In this document: one piece after another, positions 1-8,636 of the stretch | How positions within the stretch are numbered: the first letter of the stretch is position 1 | Layout of the letters: every line of letters begins with the position of its first letter | The notes under the pieces: model-generated | The model's database searches: none | Seen by the model: only the letters and a program-made list of their open reading frames with translations | What the model was told of the DNA's origin: nothing | Virus record (IMG/VR): IMGVR_UViG_3300010376_000096 | Location: 1 to 31,973 of that record | Source: a virus | Taxonomy: Duplodnaviria > Caudoviricetes | Reading direction: 5' to 3' (one strand) | Length of the DNA stretch: 31,973 bases | Program-made: the position numbers and the translations under genes

Positions 1-67
1 CCCCTCCCGCGATAGTGACGTGACAAAAACCCATCGCCCCGTGCGGGCCCGGGCCTGACGGCCCGCG

Positions 68-94
68 TTGATCCATTCGGACATTGATCCATTC
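68..94. repeat. 11-bp direct repeat TTGATCCATTC x2 (68-78, 84-94)
   Basis: Read directly; preceded by a GC inverted repeat GCGGGCC(43-49)/GGCCCGC(60-66). Confidence 0.75.
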
Positions 95-162
95 AGAAAT
101 CCAGCTTGGGGCGGTGGGAGGATTCCAGGGAACAATGCTGCCTTCGGCAGCATTATCGAAGC

Positions 163-864
163 ATGAGCGCGCTGCCGCGAGTCCCGCTTGAGGCCCCCCA
201 TTCTGAGGTCCGCTACAGCCCTATGCGGATGCAGCCCTGGTATTTCCATCTGATTGAGGTCATGGTAGCTTGTCCGATGATGGATAAGAAGGAGCTGGCG
301 GAAGAGCTTGGGGTTTCTTTTGCGACGGTTGTTTACGTGACTAATTCTGATTTGTTCAAGTTTCATCTTGAGGAGAGAAGGAAGGAAATCCGGCAGCAGA
401 CGGATGCTGTGATTACTCATCGTCTTTCCAGGGTGGCGGATAAGTCTTTGTCCCTTTTGCAAGATATCCTGGAGGAAAAGGGGAAGGCGATTCCGCTTCC
501 CCAGCTTGCTGAACTTTCACATAATGTTCTGACGAAGCTGGGGTATGGGGCTTCGACTGAAGGTCGCAGCGCGGTGCAGGTCAACGTCAATGGGGGGGCG
601 ACGCAGGTCATCGTGCCCGTTTCTGCAAGTGATCTCGCGGAGGCGCGCGCTGCGCTGCGGCGGAGCGAGGAGATGAGGGTCATCGAAACCGCGACCGTAG
701 GTCGCAGCGCAGCAGGATATTCCTCCTATAAACCCAATGGTGGTGGGGTGGTTGAAGTCGAGAGCAATCATCCCATTCCGTCGGACGAGGGAGTGAGCGT
801 GGTCGAGGAGAATTCTCCTCCCGCGCTCCTTCCTCTGTTCGACTTCCTTGAGGATGAAGGGTGA
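163..864 (+). CDS. Putative terminase small subunit (HTH protein)
   Basis: HTH-like segment KKELAEELGVSFATVVYVTNSDLFK followed by a helical region and AVQVNVN; lies upstream of the large terminase. Start uncertain (ATG 163 or 223; ORF track uses TTG 106). Confidence 0.6.
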   Translation: MSALPRVPLEAPHSEVRYSPMRMQPWYFHLIEVMVACPMMDKKELAEELGVSFATVVYVTNSDLFKFHLEERRKEIRQQTDAVITHRLSRVADKSLSLLQDILEEKGKAIPLPQLAELSHNVLTKLGYGASTEGRSAVQVNVNGGATQVIVPVSASDLAEARAALRRSEEMRVIETATVGRSAAGYSSYKPNGGGVVEVESNHPIPSDEGVSVVEENSPPALLPLFDFLEDEG

Positions 865-906
865 ATTGTGAGGATGGAGAGTGAGTGAACCGTCGGAGGA
901 GCTTCC

Positions 907-1335
907 ATGAAGATTCGGCTTTTTCTGCTTCTGGCTCTCATGGCGCTGCCGCAGGCAGCGCCTGCTCAAACACACGACCCGTGTACACAAGCCCCTCGGG
1001 TCTCCATCCCCATCTCCATCACCACCTCGACGAAGATCCTATCCGGCGTTCAAGGAAAAAAGAACTATCTCTGCACCCTCCTCCTTGTTCCCTCTGGGCC
1101 TGTGAGCATCTCTGTCGTCGAGGGCACCGGGGCACTCTGCGGCACGAACACGAAGGCCATCGTGGGCTCGACTACGGCTGCGAATGGGATGAACATCGCA
1201 GCCGGGCAGATCCTGAACTTCGGTGTGGGGCTGCTGAGTTTCGGCGCCGGCACATCCCCGGGCGCTGATGTGTGCATCCTCTCGTCCTCGGGGACAGTGG
1301 AGATGGCGGGCGCCGCTTTGATCTCGCAATATTGA
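907..1335 (+). CDS. Signal-peptide-bearing beta-rich protein, 4 Cys
   Basis: GGAGGA SD before the ATG; N-terminus MKIRLFLLLALMALPQAAPA-Q (basic, hydrophobic, AxA cleavage site); resembles ORF 7889-8236. Confidence 0.8.
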   Translation: MKIRLFLLLALMALPQAAPAQTHDPCTQAPRVSIPISITTSTKILSGVQGKKNYLCTLLLVPSGPVSISVVEGTGALCGTNTKAIVGSTTAANGMNIAAGQILNFGVGLLSFGAGTSPGADVCILSSSGTVEMAGAALISQY

Positions 1336-1362
1336 TCGCCCACAGCGCAGCGGAGTAATCCT

Positions 1363-2898
1363 TTGGACGCCCAGACAAAAATCAGTCTTGGGGAACTTGT
1401 ACGCCTCTGCGCCGTGGACTCGGACCTCTACGCTCGCTACTTCTTCCCGAAGGCGGCGCGGCAAATCAGTCCTCCTTTCCTGAAAGAAGTGTGGTATGAT
1501 CTCGAGAATCCAGCTTCTCGCTTCGTCAATCTACGGGTTTTCCGTGGAGGCAGCAAAACCACCACCCTTCGGCTGTTTACCTCGAAGCGGATTGCATACG
1601 GCATATCGCGAACTATCCTCTACATCGGGGCCTCCGAAGCCCATGCGACCCGGAGCGTTCGATGGCTCCAGAGGGCCATCGCCCGACGAGACCTAACCGG
1701 TGCGAACACTCAAACTCCGTTTGCTCAGACATTCGATCTCAGGCCGGGGGTGAAATGGTCTGAGACAGAGTTGGAAGTGTATCATGGGATTGAGGAAACC
1801 CCGATATGGGTGCTTGGGGTTGGTATTACTGGCAACATCCGCGGCATTAATTTTGATGATTATCGTCCAGATCTCATCGTGTGCGACGATGTGGTGACGG
1901 ATGAAAACGCCGCCACGACCGAACAGCGCGAGAAGATCATCGACCTCGTCCTCGGCGCGGTGATGAATTCCCTCGCCCCCTCCGCGGACGCACCCAATGC
2001 GAAAATGGCGATCCTTCAGACCCCGATCAACTCTGAGGACATTTCGGCGCTGGCGTCGAAGTCGCCGAGCTGGAAAACCTCCACCTTCGGATGTTGGACA
2101 GAGCAGTCGAAGGACTTCCCGCTTGAATTCCAGAAGAGTGTTTGGGAGGAGCGTTATCCGACGGAAGAGCTCCAGAAGCAGAAACAAGCCGCTATTGCCC
2201 TGAATAAACTATCCACCTTCCTCAGGGAAATGGAATGTAAAATCACGGCGCCGGAACTCTGTCCCCTCAAAGCCGACTGGCTCCAATACTACGATGAGCT
2301 TCCTCGAGGCGGAATGACCGTCCTGGCAATTGATCCCGTCCCACCCCCTTCCGATGTGGCCCTTGCGAAGGGCCTTTCAGGCCGAGATTGGGAAGCCCAG
2401 ACCGTCTGGCGGAGAGTGAAGGGGGAATACTACCTCGTCGACCTAGCAGTGAATCGTGGGCATGAGCCGAACTGGTCTGTCACCACCGCGATGGAGTTGG
2501 CGCTTCGTCATGGCTGCGCGAGGATTGTCGTCGAGAGTATTGCGTATCAGCGAACGCTCGAGTGGTTGTTGAAAAAAGAGATGCAGCGCCGCGGGATCTA
2601 TTTCGTCATCACCGACACCTCCGAGATTTCAAAGCGTACCTCTCGATCCAAACATACTCGGATTGTCAATGTGCTCAGTGGGCCAGCAAGCCAGCGGCAC
2701 ATCCATGTTCGGAAATCCCACACCGCCTTCATCACCCAGTGGACTGAATACCGTCCCGGAATCGGGCATGATGATATTCTCGACAGCTCTTCCCTCGCTA
2801 TTGGATCAATCGTCAACCCCTTCCTCGAGCTGGCTGTAGATGAATATGGGGATGATACGGGAGTTGAGAAGGTGAAATTCAATCGAGGGTGTCCATGA
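1363..2898 (+). CDS. terL: Terminase large subunit
   Basis: Walker A-like FRGGSKTT, RG..RPDLIVCDD Walker B, nuclease motifs LAIDP and HDDILDS; TTG start with upstream GGAG; directly before the portal. Confidence 0.92.
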   Translation: MDAQTKISLGELVRLCAVDSDLYARYFFPKAARQISPPFLKEVWYDLENPASRFVNLRVFRGGSKTTTLRLFTSKRIAYGISRTILYIGASEAHATRSVRWLQRAIARRDLTGANTQTPFAQTFDLRPGVKWSETELEVYHGIEETPIWVLGVGITGNIRGINFDDYRPDLIVCDDVVTDENAATTEQREKIIDLVLGAVMNSLAPSADAPNAKMAILQTPINSEDISALASKSPSWKTSTFGCWTEQSKDFPLEFQKSVWEERYPTEELQKQKQAAIALNKLSTFLREMECKITAPELCPLKADWLQYYDELPRGGMTVLAIDPVPPPSDVALAKGLSGRDWEAQTVWRRVKGEYYLVDLAVNRGHEPNWSVTTAMELALRHGCARIVVESIAYQRTLEWLLKKEMQRRGIYFVITDTSEISKRTSRSKHTRIVNVLSGPASQRHIHVRKSHTAFITQWTEYRPGIGHDDILDSSSLAIGSIVNPFLELAVDEYGDDTGVEKVKFNRGCP

Positions 2899-2911
2899 GC
2901 GGCCACCGAAG

Positions 2912-4888
2912 GTGGCAGCGCAGCAGAGTGTTCGTCCCATGCCCGGTATGACAAGAGAGATCCCGAAGGGATCTCCACTCCACCAGAAGATTATTTCGAT
3001 GCTCACGGCGCGGATTAGGTTTGCGGAACGCGCCCGCGCGAAACAAGTGGAAAAGTGGCAGAAAGCCGAGGAGAGGATCCTTGCTTACATCCCGGAGACG
3101 GATATCGACGCCTCCCGCCGGGGGAAGAGAGATCGGGAAGGCTATCAAACCTACACAACTCTCCAGCTCCCCTATTCTTACGCGCTGACTATGGCAGCGC
3201 ACACCTATCTCACCTCCGTCTTCTTCTCCAGATCCCCTGTTCATCAATTCCAAGCCCGCCATGGTGAAGGCGAGCAGCAGGTCCAGGCCGTCGAGGCCCT
3301 GATCGGCTACCAAGTCGAAACGGGCCTGATGCTGGTCCCCTATTACATCTGGGTCATGGACTGCTGTAAGTATGGAACGGGGATCATCGCAAACTGGTGG
3401 CAGGACGAGATAGTTCAGTTCTCCCAGATCGCAGAGGTCACTGATCCCTTGAAAGGGAAGACATCGAAGGTCCAGGAATCCATCCAGGTCCCAGGATACC
3501 GAGGAAATAAACTCTTCAATGTCAGTCCTTTCGATTTCTACCACGACCCTCGCTTTCCCCTCTATGATTTCCAAAAGGGCGAGTATTGCGCGCGCCGTTT
3601 TGTCCTGGGCTGGAACGAGATGATCCGGCGCCGGAACCTTGGCTACTATATGAACACCGAATTCGTCACGTCCCGCTTCGCTCCCTCCCAACTCGTGAAC
3701 ATGGGATCGTCGATCCTCGAGCGCCCCGAGATCCCCGGCTTCATCCTCGACGCGGAGGACCAGGGCCATCCGATGGCTTTCTACGTGTACGAGGTGTACG
3801 TAGATCTGATGCAGAAGGAATGGGGTCTCGGGGACTCGGAGTATCCTGAAAAGTGGGTCTTCACCATCACGGGCGACTTGTCATTGATAATCGGAGCGCA
3901 GCCCCTCGGTGCCGCCCATGGGAAATTCCCATTTGATGTCATGACCGCGGAGATCGAGGGCTATGGACTCTGGGCAAGAGGAATTCCGGAGGTTGCTCGA
4001 GATATCCAAAACACTCTCGACTGGCTCATCAACACACATTTCTACAACGTACGAGCTTCTCTCAACAATCAATTCATCATCGACCCGTCGAAAATTGTTA
4101 TCCGAGATGCAGAGGATGGAGGTCCAGGCTTCATCTATCGACTCCGCCCTGAGGCGTATGGAGGAGATATTCGAAACTTCTTCTATCAGGTCCCTGTTCA
4201 AGACGTTACCAGAACCCACATCGCGGACATCGAAACGGTCTTCGATTTCGGGGAGAAGGTAACGGGCATCAACGATCAAATGTTCGGCGCCCTCGCGGGC
4301 GGGCGGAAGACAGCGACGGAAGTCAGAACGTCCACTGGCTTCGGAGTCAATCGCCAGAAGACCCTCGCCGAGTGGTGTTCCGCGATGGGGATGTCTCCTC
4401 ACGCCACGAAGCTGGTCCAACAAAGCCAGCAGTGGTTTGATGATGAGTTCGAACTGCGGATTATGGGGAGCCTGGCGAACGATGCGCAGCGCTTCATCAG
4501 TGTAACGCCCGACATGATTTCAGGCTTCTACGATCTGGTTCCCGTCGACGGCACACTCCCCATCGACAGGCTGGCGCTTGCTAACCTGTGGCAGCAGATC
4601 CTCGGGCAAGCGCGGCAAATTCCCCCGCTCATGCAGCAGCTCGATTTTTGGAAGCTCTTCGCCTATATCGGGAATCTCTGTGGCATCCGGAACTTCAATC
4701 AGTTCCGCGTGCAGGTGATGCCACCTGGGGCAAACCCGAACCTGCAGGGGAATGGGAATGTGGTACCATTACCGATTGGTGGCAGAGGACAGCAGGCGAT
4801 GGCGGGCGCGATGAACTCCGGCGGCACGTCCCCTGCGGGACTTGATCTATCCTCCTCCCAACCTAACCTGGGTGGGGGTCCATTCTAA
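2912..4888 (+). CDS. Portal protein (P22/SU10-like)
   Basis: 658 aa after terL; CKYGTGI, SPFDFYHDP, EKVTGIND..G...RKTATEV motifs typical of podovirus portals. Start could be ATG 2939. Confidence 0.88.
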   Translation: MAAQQSVRPMPGMTREIPKGSPLHQKIISMLTARIRFAERARAKQVEKWQKAEERILAYIPETDIDASRRGKRDREGYQTYTTLQLPYSYALTMAAHTYLTSVFFSRSPVHQFQARHGEGEQQVQAVEALIGYQVETGLMLVPYYIWVMDCCKYGTGIIANWWQDEIVQFSQIAEVTDPLKGKTSKVQESIQVPGYRGNKLFNVSPFDFYHDPRFPLYDFQKGEYCARRFVLGWNEMIRRRNLGYYMNTEFVTSRFAPSQLVNMGSSILERPEIPGFILDAEDQGHPMAFYVYEVYVDLMQKEWGLGDSEYPEKWVFTITGDLSLIIGAQPLGAAHGKFPFDVMTAEIEGYGLWARGIPEVARDIQNTLDWLINTHFYNVRASLNNQFIIDPSKIVIRDAEDGGPGFIYRLRPEAYGGDIRNFFYQVPVQDVTRTHIADIETVFDFGEKVTGINDQMFGALAGGRKTATEVRTSTGFGVNRQKTLAEWCSAMGMSPHATKLVQQSQQWFDDEFELRIMGSLANDAQRFISVTPDMISGFYDLVPVDGTLPIDRLALANLWQQILGQARQIPPLMQQLDFWKLFAYIGNLCGIRNFNQFRVQVMPPGANPNLQGNGNVVPLPIGGRGQQAMAGAMNSGGTSPAGLDLSSSQPNLGGGPF

Positions 4889-5187
4889 TGCCCCCCCACG
4901 AGGATGAAAAACACAGCCTCAAACTAGCGAGCAAGCTACGGCCCCTGACAGCCTTGGAGGGCTGGAAGATCTATATCTCCATCCTCGACGAGCATATCAA
5001 CACGAAGGTGAATGCAGTTCTAAGCCCAGGGGGAGGGATTGACGGCGTGTTGAAATCGGAAGCAGATAAGGGGGCGATTATGGGATTGCGTCTCGCAAGG
5101 GGGATTGTCGGCAGTATTCTACAGGATGCCGACGCGATCAGTAAGAAGTACGCGGGTTCCGACATGGATCTAACGGGAGATGAATGA
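4888..5187 (+). CDS. Small protein between portal and scaffold
   Basis: Overlaps the portal stop; EGW..Y and KGAIMGL helical pattern; position typical of this phage architecture. Confidence 0.7.
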   Translation: MPPHEDEKHSLKLASKLRPLTALEGWKIYISILDEHINTKVNAVLSPGGGIDGVLKSEADKGAIMGLRLARGIVGSILQDADAISKKYAGSDMDLTGDE

Positions 5188-6131
5188 TGGGTGATCTTCC
5201 CACCGAAGGTGGGCCAGTGGATGCGGGCGCTGGAGAGTCTAGCGACCCCTTCACCCTCCCGACCGAATTCAACACTATGGGCGACCTGGATGGGGTCGAA
5301 ATTCCCGGGGAGGCCTCACCTCCTGAAACTCCCCCATCCGAGGAAGCGGCACCGACTCGTGCCCCCGCTTCCCCGCCCACTCCTTCTCGCGCTGCGCCTC
5401 CGCAGCCGGGAGCGCCAGCAGCCCCGAAAACCGCCCAGCCGACTCAGGCGCCAGGGACACAACCTCCCCAGCAGCCTCAGCAGCCAGTGGAAGGGACGCA
5501 GCAGGCGCCGGCGAGGATTGGGGCTCCTTCTCCCCAGACCCCGCGTGAACTCCTTGGAGAGCTGCAGCGTTCGCGGAACGACATCGTCTCCGCGCTCGCA
5601 AACGGGCGCTTCAAGGTCGAGCTGCTGAAGGACGAGATCACGGCACTCGAAAACGACGCCGTGGCGGCGCTGCCGAACATCCTCAGTCGCTTGGGCGCTC
5701 AGCTGTACTATGAAGCCGCGACGACCACGATCAATCAGATTGCGAATATGGTCCCGCAAATGATCGCAGGGTACCTGAATGAAAGCAGTCAGAATAATCA
5801 GGCCGTCGACGCCTTCTCAGCTGCATTCCCCCAGATCAACATGCGGGATGCGAGTGTTCAGAACGTCGTGGCTCAGGTTGCCGCGACCTTCCGAAGCATG
5901 AACCCGCAGGTTCCGAGGGACCAGGCGATCCAGTTCGTAGGAAGGTATGTGTGCCAGCAGCTTGGACTTCCATTAAACGCCGCGGGCGCAGCTCGCGGGA
6001 ATGGCCAGCGCGCTCCTCGAGCGCCCGCGTTTTCGCCGGCTGGAGGAGTCGGCCACGGGGCACCTCGGACGCCAGCGGGCCAAGGTCAGGACAACCCCTG
6101 GAGTGGAATGGGGCAATCCTTCGACGAATAG
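5184..6131 (+). CDS. Capsid scaffolding protein
   Basis: Acidic and Pro/Gln-rich N-terminus, helical core, directly upstream of the major capsid gene. Confidence 0.7.
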   Translation: MMGDLPTEGGPVDAGAGESSDPFTLPTEFNTMGDLDGVEIPGEASPPETPPSEEAAPTRAPASPPTPSRAAPPQPGAPAAPKTAQPTQAPGTQPPQQPQQPVEGTQQAPARIGAPSPQTPRELLGELQRSRNDIVSALANGRFKVELLKDEITALENDAVAALPNILSRLGAQLYYEAATTTINQIANMVPQMIAGYLNESSQNNQAVDAFSAAFPQINMRDASVQNVVAQVAATFRSMNPQVPRDQAIQFVGRYVCQQLGLPLNAAGAARGNGQRAPRAPAFSPAGGVGHGAPRTPAGQGQDNPWSGMGQSFDE

Positions 6132-6140
6132 GAATGAGTC

Positions 6141-7385
6141 ATGACTGGTGCAGTCGCTGGGCTGCGCGGAACGGGCGATTGGGGACCGGATGAGCGCCCC
6201 ACCGACTTCCGCGAGTCAATCCTTTTCTACAACCCGAACGGCACGGCGCCCATCTTCGCCCTAACAGGGAAGGCGGGTAAGAAGACGGTCAACGATCCCC
6301 AGTTCCAATGGTGGTCAGAGCCGAATACGCTGTGGCGCGCTGCGACCTCCGGCGCCCTCGTGGCCACCGACACCACAGTCACCATCGTGTCAGCCGATCC
6401 CACGAACACCACCGCCGGCGCCGTGTGGTCGTCCGCCCTTCATCTGAAACCTGGAGATGTGCTCCTGGTCGAGGGTGCGGCGGATGTGGTGGATATCACG
6501 ACCCTCGAGCGCATCCAGGTCCAGAACGTATTGAGCGACACCCAGTTCGTCGCGCTCCGCGGCGTGCAGGGTACGACGCCGGGCGCCATCGCCTCCGGCT
6601 CAAATCTGACGAAGATCGGATCGTCCTTTGCTGAAGGCACCGGCGCACCTACCGCCGTGTCCCGGAACCCGATCGAATTCAAGAACTACACCCAGATCTT
6701 CAAGGACACGTATGAGCTGACGGGCACCGTGAACGAGACGTTCGCCCGTACCGGGAACGCGTGGTCGAATGATAAGAAACGCAAGATGTTCGATCACGCC
6801 CGCGACATCGAAATGGCGTTCCTCTTCAACGGCGCACCATTTCAAACCGTGGGGGATAATGGAAAGCCCCTCCGCTTCATGGGCGGGCTCCGAACGTTCA
6901 TCCCTGCGACGAACACGACAATATACACTGTCCCCACGACAGTGTCAACATTCCTCGACGCCGTGAACCCCATGTTCAACTTTGATACGGAGGGCGGGGA
7001 TACGAGAATCTGTTTCGCCGGCAATCAGGCGATCATCGAGCTGAACAAGATCGTCCAGGCTTCGACGAACCTTCGCATCAACTTCTCCCAGGAAATCAAA
7101 ATCTACGGTCTTGATTTCAAGGAGTTCATCCTCCCCCGTGGGAGGTTGTTGCTACGAAGCCATCCTCTCCTGTCCCTCCATGGTTTGTATAGAAAGTCGA
7201 TGTTCGCCATCGACTTCGCCTCCCTGAAGTACGTGTGCATGAAGGGCCGGGACACGAAGGTGAAGGATGATGTGCAGTTGCCGGATGAGGATGTGCGGCG
7301 AGGCTTCGTCCAGACGGACTGTTCTATCATGGTTGACCGAGGTGGCCTGACCTGCGCCTATCTCGGCAATATCTCGTCGACGTAA
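6141..7385 (+). CDS. Major capsid protein (SU10/DUF5309-like)
   Basis: 414 aa; NYTQIFKDTYELTGT, HARDIEMAFLF, RFMGGL motifs; insertion domain (LKPGDVLLVE...LRGVQGT); position after the scaffold. Confidence 0.88.
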   Translation: MTGAVAGLRGTGDWGPDERPTDFRESILFYNPNGTAPIFALTGKAGKKTVNDPQFQWWSEPNTLWRAATSGALVATDTTVTIVSADPTNTTAGAVWSSALHLKPGDVLLVEGAADVVDITTLERIQVQNVLSDTQFVALRGVQGTTPGAIASGSNLTKIGSSFAEGTGAPTAVSRNPIEFKNYTQIFKDTYELTGTVNETFARTGNAWSNDKKRKMFDHARDIEMAFLFNGAPFQTVGDNGKPLRFMGGLRTFIPATNTTIYTVPTTVSTFLDAVNPMFNFDTEGGDTRICFAGNQAIIELNKIVQASTNLRINFSQEIKIYGLDFKEFILPRGRLLLRSHPLLSLHGLYRKSMFAIDFASLKYVCMKGRDTKVKDDVQLPDEDVRRGFVQTDCSIMVDRGGLTCAYLGNISST

Positions 7386-7411
7386 GTCGGCGCGAAAGGC
7401 GGGTTGGGTAC

Positions 7412-7451
7412 GGAGGGTGCCCCACACCCTCCCTCTTCGAGGGTAGGAGGG
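7412..7451 (+). promoter_or_regulatory. Intergenic hairpin(s) overlapping the anti-SD/SD of the next gene
   Basis: GGAGGGTG(7412-19)/CACCCTCC(7425-32) stem; CCCTCC is also complementary to the SD GGAGGG(7446-51). No U-tract. Confidence 0.5.
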
Positions 7452-7457
7452 ATTCCG

Positions 7458-7823
7458 ATGCCTCGTTCAATTCTCCAAGGCACGCAGATCTATGATAGTA
7501 AGGAAATGCAGAACATGCAGTGGGCGAACTCGCTTATCAATTTGACGGGCGCGTTGGCTCTCACGGCCACCACAATGCCGGTCATCCTGGCGTTCGGCGC
7601 CGCGGCGCCGCAGACGGTGACGCTGCCTCCCCTGACCGGCGTGGGCGCGATGTCGATGACGGATTCTCGGGTCCACGCTCTAATCAACACCTCCGCTTCC
7701 GCCATCACCCTCAATGCCCATGCGAACGATGGGGGCGCCACCGTCGCGACCCTCGCAGCGGGGAGTGTGACTTTCCTCTTCTCCCTCATGAAGCTCGCTG
7801 TGCCGAAGTGGTTCAGTAAGTGA
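7458..7823 (+). CDS. Putative capsid decoration/head-fibre protein
   Basis: GGAGG SD before ATG 7458; QTVTLPP...INTSASAITL...KW beta-sandwich pattern; follows the capsid gene. Confidence 0.6.
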   Translation: MPRSILQGTQIYDSKEMQNMQWANSLINLTGALALTATTMPVILAFGAAAPQTVTLPPLTGVGAMSMTDSRVHALINTSASAITLNAHANDGGATVATLAAGSVTFLFSLMKLAVPKWFSK

Positions 7824-7836
7824 GGTCGGACGAATT

Positions 7837-7868
7837 TGGGGCGAAATAGTGTAGCTATCTCGCCCCAT
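7837..7868. repeat. Palindromic element copy 1: TGGGGCGAAATAG-N4-GCTAT-N2-CGCCCCAT
   Basis: Intergenic hairpin; 26 of 32 positions identical to copy 2 at 27639-27670. Confidence 0.85.
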
Positions 7869-7888
7869 CTTCGAGGGAGGTCCGCGCC

Positions 7889-8236
7889 ATGCCTGGAACA
7901 ACTATCTACGACCCGCCTCGATTAACCACTGCTCTCGTCAACGTGAACACGATCGGGTCGAATATCATTATCCCCGCGAAGCCGGGACAATACATCCGGA
8001 TTTACAAGCTGTGGCTTGTCGCAGCAGCGGCTGTGAACGTCACGATCTCGGATGTGGGGCCGCCGCCGGGGAACATCATCATAAACGATGGTCCGATGCC
8101 ATTTCTCCCCTCGGGCGCCCTTATCCTCGACTACGACACCATCGCGTGGTATAATAGTCAGGTCGGGGCATCCTACGCTCTCATCCTCTCCGCCGCCGTG
8201 CAGGTGAGTGGGAGGATCTACTACACTCAAACGTGA
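7889..8236 (+). CDS. Small beta-rich putative virion protein (no signal peptide, no Cys)
   Basis: GGAGG SD; alternating hydrophobic beta pattern; aligns by eye with the mature part of ORF 907-1335. Confidence 0.75.
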   Translation: MPGTTIYDPPRLTTALVNVNTIGSNIIIPAKPGQYIRIYKLWLVAAAAVNVTISDVGPPPGNIIINDGPMPFLPSGALILDYDTIAWYNSQVGASYALILSAAVQVSGRIYYTQT

Positions 8237-8243
8237 GGCCTCC

Positions 8244-8636
8244 ATGACCTCTCGAATGAACGCATATGACTTCGGAGCCTCGAATGCGAGTGGGGTGACG
8301 CCGCCGCCCATCCCCACGGTCCGAAAGCCCGCTTCATCTCCTGTCATCCCTATCCTGACGACGGACCTCGAGGTGGGCGTGGATACTCGAGGCCAGACCT
8401 CCGTGACGGTCAGTCTGCCGTCCGTCGCGGCGTGGAGCGCTGCGAACATCACCGGCCTCGACCTGGTGATCTATGATATGTTTGGAAATGCAAGCGCCGC
8501 GCCCATCACGCCCGCTCCTGCGGTGGGGGATAGCTTCGACTACGGCACCGTGACTCCTACGATTTTCTCGAACTTCGGTGTGCTCGCCCTCCGGCCCGAT
8601 CCACCGAACAAATGGCTCGTGAGGGGTGTGGGATGA
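8244..8636 (+). CDS. Putative fibre/baseplate-like beta-sandwich protein
   Basis: VDTRGQTSVTVSLPS...IYDMFGNA...GDSFD...SNFG...KW pattern common in phage fibre domains; GAGG SD before ATG 8244. Confidence 0.65.
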   Translation: MTSRMNAYDFGASNASGVTPPPIPTVRKPASSPVIPILTTDLEVGVDTRGQTSVTVSLPSVAAWSAANITGLDLVIYDMFGNASAAPITPAPAVGDSFDYGTVTPTIFSNFGVLALRPDPPNKWLVRGVG

